64,000 nucleotides of DNA from an uncultured Bacteroidota bacterium (GTDB taxonomy: Bacteria > Bacteroidota > Ignavibacteria > Kryptoniales > JAKASW01), in assembly GCA_963703215.1 (NCBI GenBank), contig OY969800.1, positions 3,087,297-3,151,296 on the forward strand, read 5' to 3'. This document shows, piece after piece, positions 30,982 through 41,764 of the stretch. Both the position numbers and the translations under genes were made by a program. Each line of letters starts with the position of its first letter. Position 1 is the stretch's first letter. Below the pieces are notes generated by a model, which was not told where the DNA came from, searched no databases, and saw only the letters and a list, made by a program, of their open reading frames with translations.

Positions 30982-31746
30982 TTATGTTGCGGCCTCCGCT
31001 TTCTTTTGCTTGTTGGCACGAGTTACCTGAACGACGATTATGGAAACTTCATAAAGAACGTAGAGCGGAACCGACATCATGATCCAGCTTACTATGTCGG
31101 GCGGCGTTATGAGGGCAGCAACGAGCAAAATTACGACGACAGCATGCCGTCTGTATTTCCGGAGAAATTGCGGACTCAGGATTCCTATCCTGGCCAGAAA
31201 ATATGAAAGCATGGGCAGCTCGAAGACAATCCCGCTAGCCAAGATAATTCCGGTGACAAATCCAAAATACGATTGCACGTCGATGATGTTCTCAATATGA
31301 GGCGATCCAAACACAGCAAAGAAATTGAGCGCGTTGGGTATCAAGACAAAATAAGCAAAAGCACCACCGATAAGGAAAAAGAAAGTCGAAAAGAAAACTA
31401 TCCAGCCAATATATTTCCTTTCGTTTGGATAAAGTGCCGGCTCAACGAATTTCCAGATCTGATAAAGCGTATTTGGAAGACTCGCGATCAGGCCTGCCAC
31501 AAAAACGATTTCCATGTAGAGGACCATCTGACCATACGGTTTTAGATTTTGAATCTTTAGTGGAGGCTTGCATTGCACCGCTGGGTGCAAGAGGAAGTTG
31601 TTTACGATAAAATCCGCAAAGATGGCACAGACGGCGGTACCTATTACAATACCTACGGCGGACCAGATGAGCCGCTTTCGAAGCTCCTCAAGATGATCCC
31701 AAAAAGACATTTCTCTATTGGAGTCGGTATCCAAGGAAATATCCAC
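30982..31746 (-). CDS. tatC: twin-arginine translocase subunit TatC
   Basis: 254 aa, 6 TM. MSFWDHLEELRKRL N-terminus and LITPPD motif typical of TatC. Confidence 0.92.
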   Translation of the reverse strand: MDISLDTDSNREMSFWDHLEELRKRLIWSAVGIVIGTAVCAIFADFIVNNFLLHPAVQCKPPLKIQNLKPYGQMVLYMEIVFVAGLIASLPNTLYQIWKFVEPALYPNERKYIGWIVFFSTFFFLIGGAFAYFVLIPNALNFFAVFGSPHIENIIDVQSYFGFVTGIILASGIVFELPMLSYFLARIGILSPQFLRKYRRHAVVVILLVAALITPPDIVSWIMMSVPLYVLYEVSIIVVQVTRANKQKKAEAAT

Positions 31747-31755
31747 TTTCGTTCA

Positions 31756-33078
31756 TCAACTAACAGATGAAAATTCTTTTCCAAAATCATACAGGGGAAA
31801 TTTACTGCAAAGTTCTGCTACTTCATTTCGGACTTCCAGATAGATTCCTTCCTTCCCAATATTGGCAATCGTACGGCTCATCAGATTCGCGAGTACTGTC
31901 ATTTCAGGCTCCTTGAAACCACGAGTGGTGACAGCCGGAGTCCCGATCCTTATCCCACTGGTAATCAATGGCGACTTGTCATCGAAGGGAACCGCATTCT
32001 TGTTCACGGTGATTCCCGCTCGATCAAGGGCTTCCTGCGCGTCTTTGCCAGTCACGTTCTTGTTGCGGAGATCAATTAGCATCAAGTGATTGTCAGTCCC
32101 TCCGGAAACAATATCAAATCCTTCGGCTGCCAAACACGATGCTAAGGTCTTCGCATTCGAGATTATTTGTCTTGAATAAGTTGCAAATCCCGGCTGGAGC
32201 GCTTCATTAAACGCGACAGCCTTTGCGGCGATGATGTGCATGAGCGGACCGCCTTGGATCCCCGGAATTACCATCGAATCTATCAGCTCCGACATCATTT
32301 TTTTTCGACCGCTCTTCGGCGCGACGACGCCAAATGGATTTTCAAAATCTTTGCCCATTAGAATGAGTCCACCTCTTGGCCCACGCAATGTCTTGTGAGT
32401 CGTAGATGTCACGACGTGGCAGTATGGCATTGGGTCACTGAGTAGTTTTGAGGCAATCAAGCCAGCTGGATGTGCAATATCCGCGAAGAGGAATGCCCCG
32501 ATTTTATCAGCGATCTCACGGAATTTCTTGTAGTCAATATTCCGTGAATAGGCACTGGCACCGACAGTGATGAGTTTCGGTTTTTCTTTGATGGCAACCT
32601 GTTCCACCTCATCATAGTCAATGCATCCGGTTTCTTTCTTGACTCCGTACGCAGAAAAATTGTAGAGCTGTCCCGAAAAATTCACAGGTGAGCCATGAGT
32701 CAAATGTCCACCGTGTGAAAGATTCATCCCGAGGACTTTGTCTCCCGGCTTAATGAATGTGAAATATACCGCCATGTTCGCCTGTGATCCGGAATGTGGC
32801 TGGACATTCGCATATTCAGCGCCGAACAGCTTTTTCACTCGTTCACGAGCCAGATTCTCGGCAACATCCACGAAATCGCAGCCGCCGTAATACCGCTTGC
32901 CAGGATATCCTTCCGCGTACTTGTTTGTCAACACAGAACCGGCGGCCGCAAGCACTGCCTTGCTTACAAAATTCTCAGACGCGATTAATTCGATAGTGCT
33001 ATTTTGACGTTCCAATTCCTTGGAGACAGCCTGAAACACCTCGCTATCTGAATCATGTAAGATTTCTAGATAATCCAT
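31756..33078 (-). CDS. glyA: serine hydroxymethyltransferase
   Basis: 440 aa. [36 protein letters not shown] (PLP-Lys) motifs. Confidence 0.96.
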   Translation of the reverse strand: MDYLEILHDSDSEVFQAVSKELERQNSTIELIASENFVSKAVLAAAGSVLTNKYAEGYPGKRYYGGCDFVDVAENLARERVKKLFGAEYANVQPHSGSQANMAVYFTFIKPGDKVLGMNLSHGGHLTHGSPVNFSGQLYNFSAYGVKKETGCIDYDEVEQVAIKEKPKLITVGASAYSRNIDYKKFREIADKIGAFLFADIAHPAGLIASKLLSDPMPYCHVVTSTTHKTLRGPRGGLILMGKDFENPFGVVAPKSGRKKMMSELIDSMVIPGIQGGPLMHIIAAKAVAFNEALQPGFATYSRQIISNAKTLASCLAAEGFDIVSGGTDNHLMLIDLRNKNVTGKDAQEALDRAGITVNKNAVPFDDKSPLITSGIRIGTPAVTTRGFKEPEMTVLANLMSRTIANIGKEGIYLEVRNEVAELCSKFPLYDFGKEFSSVS

Positions 33079-33142
33079 TTAATTCGCCTTTGTGAAATTC
33101 TGAAATTCAAAATTAAGCCGATATTCGTTTCCAACTTCCCTA

Positions 33143-33580
33143 TCAACATCCCGTTAGGCTGTGAATTTTATTGACTCTTCGCTCGTGCCTCCCGCCTTCG
33201 AATGGCGTGGAAAGCCAGAGCCGTACCATCTTCTCCGTGGTGTCCCAATCCGTGAGCCGTTCACCAATACTGATTACGTTCGCGTTGTTGTGTCTGCGAG
33301 AAAGTTCAGCCATCTCAAGATTTGCACAAAGAGCCGACCGGACGTTTTCAACTTTATTCGCAACGATGTCAACTCCAATACCGCTTCCGCAAATCAATAT
33401 TCCCCTATCGCATTCGCCTGTTCCCACAGCATGCGCTGCAAGATAAGCAAAGTCAGGATAGTCAGAAGGTTCTTCGCCATGGGCACCAAAATCTTTGTAT
33501 TCAAGATGCAATTGGTCGAGAACATTTTTGATCTTTTCTTTATATTCGAAACCAGCGTGGTCAGAAGCAAGCGCTATCAA
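33143..33580 (-). CDS. rpiB: ribose-5-phosphate isomerase B
   Basis: 145 aa. MIALASDHAGFEYK, GILICGSGIGVDIVANK and RHNNANVISIG motifs of RpiB/LacAB. Confidence 0.9.
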   Translation of the reverse strand: MIALASDHAGFEYKEKIKNVLDQLHLEYKDFGAHGEEPSDYPDFAYLAAHAVGTGECDRGILICGSGIGVDIVANKVENVRSALCANLEMAELSRRHNNANVISIGERLTDWDTTEKMVRLWLSTPFEGGRHERRVNKIHSLTGC

Positions 33581-33582
33581 GG

Positions 33583-34845
33583 TCAGTCTCCTTCAGGCCG
33601 CATGAACCAGCCTTCTCCTAAAGTCAGAGAAAAATATATTCGGAAAATTTGTTCCCTCAACATGAAGTCGCTTGACAATCCTCGCAAACCATATTGAGCA
33701 GAGAGAGAGGCGGTTGACGAAAAGCTCATCGGCACTTCGATCCCGGCAGTCAAGAATAGCTCATCTAATTGTTTCGACTGCCCGGATTTCGTCGGCACCG
33801 CGAACTGAGATTTCTGATAATAGATCCCGGCTCTCAAGATTCTCTTGTCATAAATTGAACTAAAATCTTTTCCCTGGCGTATTTCCACACCGGCACCGAG
33901 GAAGAGAGCATCTTTTAACGAACCGACTGGCGTGTATGTGTCATAATATTTTGAAAAAGGCTGGAACCGAACATCGAGCACGCCGGACACATGGCCATTG
34001 AAAGATTTTGAAATTCCAAATCCGTATTCAGGAGGTATGTATCCTGTACCATTTTGCGAAAATGGCGAATACAGCGTGTCTTCGTAAAGATTATCCAGGA
34101 CAAAAGTTCCGCTAAGATTATAAGAGAACTTGTAGTACCCTCCAAGTGAAACATCTCTTAAGAAATCGACATTCAATAACTTGTCCAGACTATCCAAAAC
34201 GATTCCGACAGTTCCCCCAGGCGCGTGCAAGTATGCGCTGTAGTCTGAGTAAGTATCCGTATAAGATGAATTACTAAAAGTCAGTGTTCGGATATTCTCA
34301 ATCCTTCCGAAGGCATATTGAAACATTCCGCCTAATCTCAAGAACCGGAACGGCGAAAGGCTCATCCCTACAAAGCCTTCACCAAGCCCACCAGCTCCTG
34401 ATGACTTGTAGACGTAGGAAGGAACAATTTGGGTCGAGTCAATCGAAGAAGTTATCGTAAAATTATATGAAGAAAGCGGTGTAAATCCCATCGCAATCGT
34501 AAACCCAAGGTTCTTATCAATTGGTAAAGCAAAAATGCCGCCTCCGAAATCCCCGTTGGCATTGTACGACGATTGACCGAGGGTATAGTCCGTTGAGCTT
34601 ACGCCTGAAAAATTATACATCGCTGTGAACTGGACATTTTCCAGTCCGCTCCATGTTGCCGGATTTAGGTCGCTGAGAAATCCGTTCCTGACGAGAGCAA
34701 TTCCAGAGTTGCCCATTCCCGTAGACCAACTGTTCGCAAACGTCGTAAACTCGCCGACTCCCTTTGCAGATAGCGGTGTACCATCTTGGGCATGCACGCC
34801 GCATGCAAACATCAATGACAAACAAACAAGTATTCTCATTCTCAC
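33583..34845 (-). CDS. outer-membrane beta-barrel protein, tentatively PorV/PorQ-like
   Basis: Signal peptide MRMRILVCLSLMFACGVHAQ. Alternating beta-strand pattern throughout. N-terminal STGMGNSGIAL...LNPA resembles the GMG..G.A....NPA motif of PorV-type proteins. Family call is tentative. Confidence 0.6.
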   Translation of the reverse strand: MRMRILVCLSLMFACGVHAQDGTPLSAKGVGEFTTFANSWSTGMGNSGIALVRNGFLSDLNPATWSGLENVQFTAMYNFSGVSSTDYTLGQSSYNANGDFGGGIFALPIDKNLGFTIAMGFTPLSSYNFTITSSIDSTQIVPSYVYKSSGAGGLGEGFVGMSLSPFRFLRLGGMFQYAFGRIENIRTLTFSNSSYTDTYSDYSAYLHAPGGTVGIVLDSLDKLLNVDFLRDVSLGGYYKFSYNLSGTFVLDNLYEDTLYSPFSQNGTGYIPPEYGFGISKSFNGHVSGVLDVRFQPFSKYYDTYTPVGSLKDALFLGAGVEIRQGKDFSSIYDKRILRAGIYYQKSQFAVPTKSGQSKQLDELFLTAGIEVPMSFSSTASLSAQYGLRGLSSDFMLREQIFRIYFSLTLGEGWFMRPEGD

Positions 34846-36056
34846 TTTTTCCTCACCACTGGGGTGTACGTTATCGTGAGTTGAGGCTTCAAAGAATCCA
34901 CAGCATTTTCATCGTAAATGAAACGCGAATCGAGATTGTTATAATCTTCCGATCTAGTGATTATGAATCCATAGTTCCCTTGATTGAGCATTTGTTGGAC
35001 AAGCAATGTGACTTGAAAAGTATATTCGTGTCCAACCTTTGTGCTAAGCGCAACACCACTCGAGCTAACAGCGTGTGTCGAGGGATCCGTCTGATAATAC
35101 GCCCAGAGAGAATCCGGTGATCCTCCTGAGTAAATGGAATCTATCGGATCTTCATGCAATGTGAGCAGTGCATAATTCACGATCGAAAACAATGGAATGG
35201 AATCCAACTTGGAAGCGCTCCGGATAGAGTCCATGTTGAAGACAATATTTGCATGGATGCCAGTTCCACTCTGCAGAGCGAATGTTTGCGGCGGTGCCAC
35301 TACCGATGTGTTCGCGACATAGGTTGAATAGGTCGATGTCGACACCACAGTATCCGGGACACCATTAATGATGCATGCAACTACCAGCGATGGACTGAGG
35401 CCGGTACCCGAATAAATCGAGTATATCGATAAAATCCCGGAAATATTGGAAGGCTTTATTATGAAACCGTAATTCTTATAATTGGTATCATTCGTGGCAT
35501 TTGCCCATGTCCTTACGACGCCGGTATCTATTTGAAATGCAACGGCCGAATCAGTTACCAACGGAATCGTCGGTGAAAGAATCATGTTCGAACTTTCACG
35601 CGGCAAACGACTCACGCTATCCCATGTAAAAGTACTGGAAGTCCAACTCGAATCAATCGCATAACCTTGCAATTGCATGTTTTGGACATTATAACCAGGC
35701 GGCTGCAAATTGTACGTAGCACGCCGCATCACCACTTGTGCAGAAACGATTTTCGTAGCGTAATACACCGAATCCAGGTTGTAAAACTCTATTAGCATAT
35801 CCGCTTCACTCCACGGGATGGCGCCCAAACAATGGACTGTGTCGCTGCCATTAGGCAATCCCAAATATAATTTAGAGCTTGTTATCTTGACCTTGAGCGA
35901 ATCAGAATCAAATGTCTTTGGAATCAACGACGAATCAGCCGCCACAAGCCATGACCCCGTCTGGTTAAACTTGTTCGTACAGCCGCTTAATCCGATTAAG
36001 ATAATAACCGCAAGTAATGCTGGTAGTCCGACTAATCTTTTTTCCAATGGAATCAC
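34842..36056 (-). CDS. lipoprotein of unknown function (possibly DNRLRE-type carbohydrate-binding domain)
   Basis: Lipobox LIGLSGC after a hydrophobic h-region. Ser/Thr-rich beta-rich sequence. SSWTSSTFTWDSV resembles the W..(v)TW motif of DNRLRE domains. 4-nt overlap with the downstream barrel gene. Confidence 0.6.
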   Translation of the reverse strand: MIPLEKRLVGLPALLAVIILIGLSGCTNKFNQTGSWLVAADSSLIPKTFDSDSLKVKITSSKLYLGLPNGSDTVHCLGAIPWSEADMLIEFYNLDSVYYATKIVSAQVVMRRATYNLQPPGYNVQNMQLQGYAIDSSWTSSTFTWDSVSRLPRESSNMILSPTIPLVTDSAVAFQIDTGVVRTWANATNDTNYKNYGFIIKPSNISGILSIYSIYSGTGLSPSLVVACIINGVPDTVVSTSTYSTYVANTSVVAPPQTFALQSGTGIHANIVFNMDSIRSASKLDSIPLFSIVNYALLTLHEDPIDSIYSGGSPDSLWAYYQTDPSTHAVSSSGVALSTKVGHEYTFQVTLLVQQMLNQGNYGFIITRSEDYNNLDSRFIYDENAVDSLKPQLTITYTPVVRKK

Positions 36057-36616
36057 TTTGTGACAATTTCTTTCTTGACAAAATTAACTACAAAATCGTA
36101 AAGGTTTTGAGCAAGATAATCTATTTTGATTCCGTCGTCAATGCACCGTTGATAATCAGTTTTGCCATATCCTGTCATGACCAGCGCCGTCGTCGCACCA
36201 GCATTCTCACCGCACTTTACATCACTCCACTTGTCACCCACCACAAACGATGAAGACAGGTCAATCTCGAACTGCTCTTTTCCTCGAAGGAGCATCCCGA
36301 TGTCGGGCTTCCTGCAAGTGCAAACGTATCCATTACTTGGGTGATGCGGACAATAGTAAATTGCATCCACTATCGCACCGCGGTCCTTGAGCATCTCCAC
36401 TAATCGCTTGTTAACGTTTTCAACCTGTTCAATAGTCATGAGACCCCGAGTAACACCGGATTGATTTGAAATGACTATGACCTTTAATCCAAGGTCATTG
36501 GCTAAGGAAATTGCTTCAGGAGAATTCTCTATAAACTCGACCTGATCTGGATCGGTGAGATAATCCTTGTCGATGTTTATCGTTCCATCACGATCGATAA
36601 AGACTGCTCGCGTCAC
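36053..36616 (-). CDS. gmhB: D-glycero-beta-D-manno-heptose-1,7-bisphosphate 7-phosphatase (HAD-IIIA)
   Basis: FIDRDGTIN (motif I), VISNQSG, YYCPHHP...CTCRKP Zn-loop, VGDKWSD (motif IV). Confidence 0.82.
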   Translation of the reverse strand: MTRAVFIDRDGTINIDKDYLTDPDQVEFIENSPEAISLANDLGLKVIVISNQSGVTRGLMTIEQVENVNKRLVEMLKDRGAIVDAIYYCPHHPSNGYVCTCRKPDIGMLLRGKEQFEIDLSSSFVVGDKWSDVKCGENAGATTALVMTGYGKTDYQRCIDDGIKIDYLAQNLYDFVVNFVKKEIVTK

Positions 36617-38097
36617 TTTTCAAGGATCTTGTTATAAAGCTCGGTATAAAGTCTCGCCGAATTTCCCCAAGAAAAATCTTCGACCATTGCATTTCTCATG
36701 ATTCGCTGCCAATTCTTGCCGTCGTTGAACACGCTCATCGCCCTCGAAATCGTTTTGATCATCTCGCGCGGTTTATAGTCATCAAAGAAGAAACCAGTTC
36801 CGGTTCCTTTCTGAAGATTGGCTTCTTTAACCGTGTCAGCAAGGCCGCCTGTTCTTCTCACCACCGGTATGGTGCCATATTTCAAGCTGTATAATTGGTT
36901 CAGGCCGCAAGGCTCAAATCGGCTCGGCATGAGGAATATGTCGGCTGCGCCTTCAATAAGGTGAGATAGCTCGTCGTCATATTTCAGCTCCAGCGCAAAT
37001 TTCTCCGGATATTTTTTTGCAAGCGCATCTAACTTGGAATGATATTCCTTCTCACCTACACCAAGCACGATCAGGGATAGATTCATCTTCATCAGTTCCG
37101 GAAAAGCGTCGATCAAAAGATCAATCCCCTTCTGTTCGACGAGACGAGTCACCATCCCGATCAACGGCGCCTTTGGATCAAACTTCAAGTTGAACCGTTT
37201 CAGCAGAAACTTTTTATTCTCAACCTTCGCATCGAGAGTTTTTACACTGTACTTGAACGGGATGTATTTATCGGTATCCGGATTCCAAATTGTGTAATCG
37301 ATTCCGTTCACGATTCCGGTGAAAACCTTCTTCCTTTTCTTCAGGATTCCTTCCATACCACAGCCGAACTCCTCGCCATCAGAAATCTCTTTGCCGTATG
37401 TCTCACTCACAGTAGTGATGTAATCGGAGTAAACAATTCCTGCCTTCATAAAGCTAAACTTCCCGTAAAACTCTGCCCCGTCAGGAGTGAACGTATCCGC
37501 TGGCAATCCCGTTTTCTGGAATGTCTCTTTCGAAAAATTACCCTGGTAAGCAACATTGTGAATCGTAAAGACCGTCTTGATTTTCTTGAAGAACGGGTCT
37601 TTGCCGTAGATTTTCTTCAGGTAAACTGGCACAAGACCGCTTTGCCAATCATTGCAATGGATAATATCTGGCGCCCAACCGAGCCGTTTCAGTATTTCAA
37701 AAACGCTCCGCGAGTAGAAAATAAATCTCTCGTCATTATCTGAATAATCCTTTTTCGTCCTCGGGTCCTGATAGATTCCGGGTCTCCCAAAGAATTCAGC
37801 ACTATCAATGAAATAAATCTGAACCTTTATGCGCTCCCCTACAAGGAACGAAGACTTCACGTTGAGCTTCGCAGTTTTCTTCCCTATTGGGATGTCAATA
37901 TCCTTAAGTCGAATAATTTCATGAATCCGGAACTTTCTTTCATTGACAAAGCCGTAACGCGGAATTGCAAGCCTGATGTCGTTTCCGATTTCCTTCAGCG
38001 CCTGCGGAAGAGAACTGGCCACGTCAGCGAGTCCTCCGGTTTTCGCAAATGGAAACACCTCCGAGGAAAGAAATAAAACATTGAGGGATTGTGTCAT
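36613..38097 (-). CDS. glgA: glycogen/starch synthase (GT5)
   Basis: Start moved to ATG 38097 (MTQSLNVLFLSSEVFPFAKTGGLADV = KTGGL motif). C-terminal PSRFEPCGLNQLYSLKYGTIPVVRRTGGLADTV. Confidence 0.9.
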   Translation of the reverse strand: MTQSLNVLFLSSEVFPFAKTGGLADVASSLPQALKEIGNDIRLAIPRYGFVNERKFRIHEIIRLKDIDIPIGKKTAKLNVKSSFLVGERIKVQIYFIDSAEFFGRPGIYQDPRTKKDYSDNDERFIFYSRSVFEILKRLGWAPDIIHCNDWQSGLVPVYLKKIYGKDPFFKKIKTVFTIHNVAYQGNFSKETFQKTGLPADTFTPDGAEFYGKFSFMKAGIVYSDYITTVSETYGKEISDGEEFGCGMEGILKKRKKVFTGIVNGIDYTIWNPDTDKYIPFKYSVKTLDAKVENKKFLLKRFNLKFDPKAPLIGMVTRLVEQKGIDLLIDAFPELMKMNLSLIVLGVGEKEYHSKLDALAKKYPEKFALELKYDDELSHLIEGAADIFLMPSRFEPCGLNQLYSLKYGTIPVVRRTGGLADTVKEANLQKGTGTGFFFDDYKPREMIKTISRAMSVFNDGKNWQRIMRNAMVEDFSWGNSARLYTELYNKILEK

Positions 38098-38332
38098 TTC
38101 ATGCCATGATTTGTTTACTAAAAGTAGCAAAAAAGAGGCTAATAATCAATGAAACTTGGGAGTGGATAAGAAACATGCTGGTGATCCCTGCGAAGGTTGC
38201 GAGGATAAAGTCAGTTGTCCCATGCGACATCAGTGATTACGGAACAGAAGTCTACCAAATTCAGCGCAACATTCTTGTTTCGAGACCCCTATCCGTTTTT
38301 GGAGCCGTATTGCCAGAACTCATTCGATGCTC

Positions 38333-40888
38333 TTAGGAAGCAGACGCCACCTGGTTCTGCGCTCCATCTTTCTTCCTCGCAAACCGGGCATACCCTATAA
38401 TACCGGCAAGGCCAACCAACACAAGAATGTTTGCTATGAGGCTGACATTACGTCCAATATAATAGGTCTTTGGATTGAAATTCAGTGCCACGATATGTTC
38501 TCCTTTTGGCACTTCAATCCCTCTCAGAAAGTAATCGCTCTGGTATATAGTGGTTGGCTTGCCATCTATTGTCGCTTCCCATCCTTTCGGGTAATACACT
38601 TCGCTGAGAACAAGGAAGTTGTTGCCGCTTGCATGAACCTTCATGGTCATGGACTGTATTTTGTAGTCGGATAATTCGACACTTGCGCTGCTATCAGGCG
38701 GTTCAAACTTGAGATGCGGATCAGTTCCAAAGTAAACTGTCTTTGCTGGATCGAATGTTTCATCCCGCAAAGATTGAAGAACAGTCAAGTCTGAAGCAAC
38801 TCTGTAACTATTTATAAAAAATGCCCGCGGTAAGGCGTTGTCGTTGCGGAGAACTAATTGCGAACCGCGAAAAACTGTTTGTCCTAACAGGCTGTCGGGC
38901 CTATCGGAAATTATGTATTTCACTCCGAGGAGCCGGAGGATACTGGGGTTCGTTATCCCGGCAACGTCCATCATGTCTTGGTAGTTTCGAAGTTTGGCTC
39001 CAGTGTATCCAAAGGCGTTTTGCAAACTGAAATAAGCAAGTGTGTTAGAATATCCCGGCTGAAAATCCTGAAGCTGGATCACCCGGTAAAGCGAAGTATC
39101 TTGTTGAATGTAAGAGACGTAGTCCGGTTTGGTAAATTGGTCTTGAAGTTGTGCTTTGTCACTGTACTCCATTGGTTTCACATCGACACGCCACATATCA
39201 AAGAGTAATACCACAAGGAAAACTGCGCTCACCAAGATTGTTCTCATTTTCCCGTTCAAATAAAGATAGATAGTTCCACAAGTGACGATTGCGATCAAAA
39301 GCGAGATGTAAATGTCTGCAGAGATGTTTGGAAATATCATTTGAGGGAATATCACATTTAATACTTGATCGCCGGAAATACGAAACTCGCGGGCGATACT
39401 AGCAATTCCCTGAGGATTGCTCTCCAGCAAACCGAGGAACATATCCTGTATCGAACTTTGGAGCAAAAGAGCAAGTAGAAGAAGCCCTGCAAATGCTCCG
39501 CCCCATACCATGGCCTTCTTCCCAAGATTACGGTCACCAACTTTTCGTGCTTGAAAAATCGCATCGATCCCGAAAGCTGCAAGTATAGGTAAAAATATCT
39601 GGACGATAACGAGGATCATGCTCGGCGAGCGAAATCTGTTGAAATATGGGAAATAATAAAACATCGGATCAAACAAGATTGAAAAATTCCGCCCGAATGA
39701 AATAAGAAGCGCAACAATAATTGTAAATAGAGAAAATTGAACGAATCTATTTTTCCTATTTCTCACGAATCCGATGACGGCGAGAATAATTGTGATGACA
39801 CCCATGTATTCGGGAGCATCTGTAAAATTCATTTGGCCAAAATAAGTGTTGGGCCGAATTGGCTGGCCGTTAGTCAGAGGACCTGAATATTCGTAATCTC
39901 CGAATCCATAAAATGATGGGATGAAAAATGTCGCCACTTCTCCCGGGCTGAAGGACCAACTCGTGGCGTAATCATAGTCTAACCCAACTCCACTTTCCGT
40001 TTTCGTGCCAGGACTCTGAACGATTGGCGAAGATCCTCGAATAGAATATTTATTGTATTCCAGAATCGACATATACTTATCCGACGACATCGCAAATGCA
40101 ATTCCACCTGCCGCGACGAAAAGGACCGCCGTTCTAATAATCGGAAGGAGGTTCTCTTTCTTGAAGAGTGCAACAACGAGGACGAAAGCAAAATAGATTC
40201 CCAAGGCAAGAAAAGTGTAAAAGATCATTTGGATGTGAGAGCCTTCGAGCATCAGATGAATAGCAAGAGTAAGCCCGATGAGATACGACCACCTGAATTT
40301 CTTGATTAGTTCAATCACAAAGAGAAAAATGTATGGGAAGAAAGAGATGGTAATTATTTTTGTACCATGTCCAACCATGATCCAGATGATTATGTTCATG
40401 GTAAATATCGTAGCCACAGCCGCAAAGAATGATGCAAATTTGCCCGCTCCTAGTCGCCTCAATAGAAGGAAAATCCCGATGCCAAAAAAGAAGTAGAAAA
40501 GCACAGCCCATCCGACATCAGTGTTCACCATCAGAACAGAAAGGTAGTGGTTCACTTCACTGAAAAGATAATTCGTGATGTCATAAGTGCGCTGCCCTGC
40601 GATCATCAGACTTGCAAATGAAGGCATTCCACTGAATACGTACGGGACCCACAAAGGGAATACTCCTTCCTGACTGGCTTCATGGAGGTATGTCTGGAGA
40701 CTCATTGGCCCGATCGCATCCGGAGGAGAAAATATCTTCCCTTCGAAAAACGCCTTGTTGAAAAACACAATCAGCAAAATAAGGATCAACGCCATGAAGA
40801 CGGGGGTTTCGTACTTTTCAGGGATCAGGGGTTTTTCTTGAAGCTGAGAAGCCTTATTTACCTTCCGGTTTTGCTGCGGTTTTACCAT
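38333..40888 (-). CDS. YfhO-family polytopic membrane protein (putative GT-C glycosyltransferase)
   Basis: 851 aa. About 12 N-terminal TM helices, a large extracytoplasmic domain and one C-terminal TM. N-terminal FSPPDAIGPMSLQTYLHEASQEGVFPLWVPYVFSGMP resembles YfhO proteins. Confidence 0.7.
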   Translation of the reverse strand: MVKPQQNRKVNKASQLQEKPLIPEKYETPVFMALILILLIVFFNKAFFEGKIFSPPDAIGPMSLQTYLHEASQEGVFPLWVPYVFSGMPSFASLMIAGQRTYDITNYLFSEVNHYLSVLMVNTDVGWAVLFYFFFGIGIFLLLRRLGAGKFASFFAAVATIFTMNIIIWIMVGHGTKIITISFFPYIFLFVIELIKKFRWSYLIGLTLAIHLMLEGSHIQMIFYTFLALGIYFAFVLVVALFKKENLLPIIRTAVLFVAAGGIAFAMSSDKYMSILEYNKYSIRGSSPIVQSPGTKTESGVGLDYDYATSWSFSPGEVATFFIPSFYGFGDYEYSGPLTNGQPIRPNTYFGQMNFTDAPEYMGVITIILAVIGFVRNRKNRFVQFSLFTIIVALLISFGRNFSILFDPMFYYFPYFNRFRSPSMILVIVQIFLPILAAFGIDAIFQARKVGDRNLGKKAMVWGGAFAGLLLLALLLQSSIQDMFLGLLESNPQGIASIAREFRISGDQVLNVIFPQMIFPNISADIYISLLIAIVTCGTIYLYLNGKMRTILVSAVFLVVLLFDMWRVDVKPMEYSDKAQLQDQFTKPDYVSYIQQDTSLYRVIQLQDFQPGYSNTLAYFSLQNAFGYTGAKLRNYQDMMDVAGITNPSILRLLGVKYIISDRPDSLLGQTVFRGSQLVLRNDNALPRAFFINSYRVASDLTVLQSLRDETFDPAKTVYFGTDPHLKFEPPDSSASVELSDYKIQSMTMKVHASGNNFLVLSEVYYPKGWEATIDGKPTTIYQSDYFLRGIEVPKGEHIVALNFNPKTYYIGRNVSLIANILVLVGLAGIIGYARFARKKDGAQNQVASAS

Positions 40889-40954
40889 CTCTTTTTACTC
40901 CGAGGATTTATTTTTCCAAAAAGAACATTATCGCGTGTTGCAAAATGACGGATA

Positions 40955-41764
40955 TTATTTTCTTTTCCGCGCGACCACCAAAAGACCACCTCCGCTCTTA
41001 GGCGGAAAAAGATAATCTAATGCCATGAAAAAAAGTGAAACGGGAAATGCAATGGCATAATAAAATGGAAGAAGAAGAAAATACAAGTTGGATTTGTTCA
41101 GAAGGGTTATTGGCACTTTCATGGAGAGCTTCCAGTAGATGCTTCCGCCGAATCCGTAAGTAAAAGCGAATTTCTCAACCTCAAGACCGGACTTGGCCAG
41201 TTTCTCGGAAATGTCCTCTCCCGAATAACCCGATCTAAAATGTTCATCTATGAAGGAATGCTCTTCCTCTTCGTGTTCAGCACCTGCAGAAGGAGTGGAG
41301 ATCATGACCCTGCCTCCTTCTCGAAGAAGCGAGGCGAAATTCATGAACACCGCAACGTCATCCCTGATGTGCTCCATTACGTCAACCGAGACGATGAGAT
41401 CGAATTCTTCGGAAAACGTCTTTGGAAAAGTTTCCGAGGACAGGTCGGCAACAAGAAAGTTCGATCCACAAAGGTCCTCATCATGGGCGAAACGATTGCA
41501 CCTTTCGATTTCAGACTCGATAATGTCTACACCGATTACTTTAGCGCCAAATTTTTTTGCAATGTAGTACGAATACTGACCGGGCCCGCAGCCCGCGTCA
41601 AGTACATTCTTGAAATTATCTTTTCTGTAAATCCTTCTGATTTCCCTCTTGACGTGCCATGCCCTGAGAAGAAGAACCCCTAAACCGAAATAATACAGCT
41701 TGCGTAGAAAATGACTCGCACCAATGAGTGACCCGATTTTTTCCTTAATTGGTTCGTATTTCAT
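40955..41764 (-). CDS. class-I SAM-dependent methyltransferase with C-terminal membrane helices
   Basis: VLDAGCGPGQYS (motif I), VIGVDI, LIVSVDVMEHI, GGRVMIST. The last ~70 aa are hydrophobic (LYFLLLPFYYAIAFPVSLFFMAL). Confidence 0.8.
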   Translation of the reverse strand: MKYEPIKEKIGSLIGASHFLRKLYYFGLGVLLLRAWHVKREIRRIYRKDNFKNVLDAGCGPGQYSYYIAKKFGAKVIGVDIIESEIERCNRFAHDEDLCGSNFLVADLSSETFPKTFSEEFDLIVSVDVMEHIRDDVAVFMNFASLLREGGRVMISTPSAGAEHEEEEHSFIDEHFRSGYSGEDISEKLAKSGLEVEKFAFTYGFGGSIYWKLSMKVPITLLNKSNLYFLLLPFYYAIAFPVSLFFMALDYLFPPKSGGGLLVVARKRK

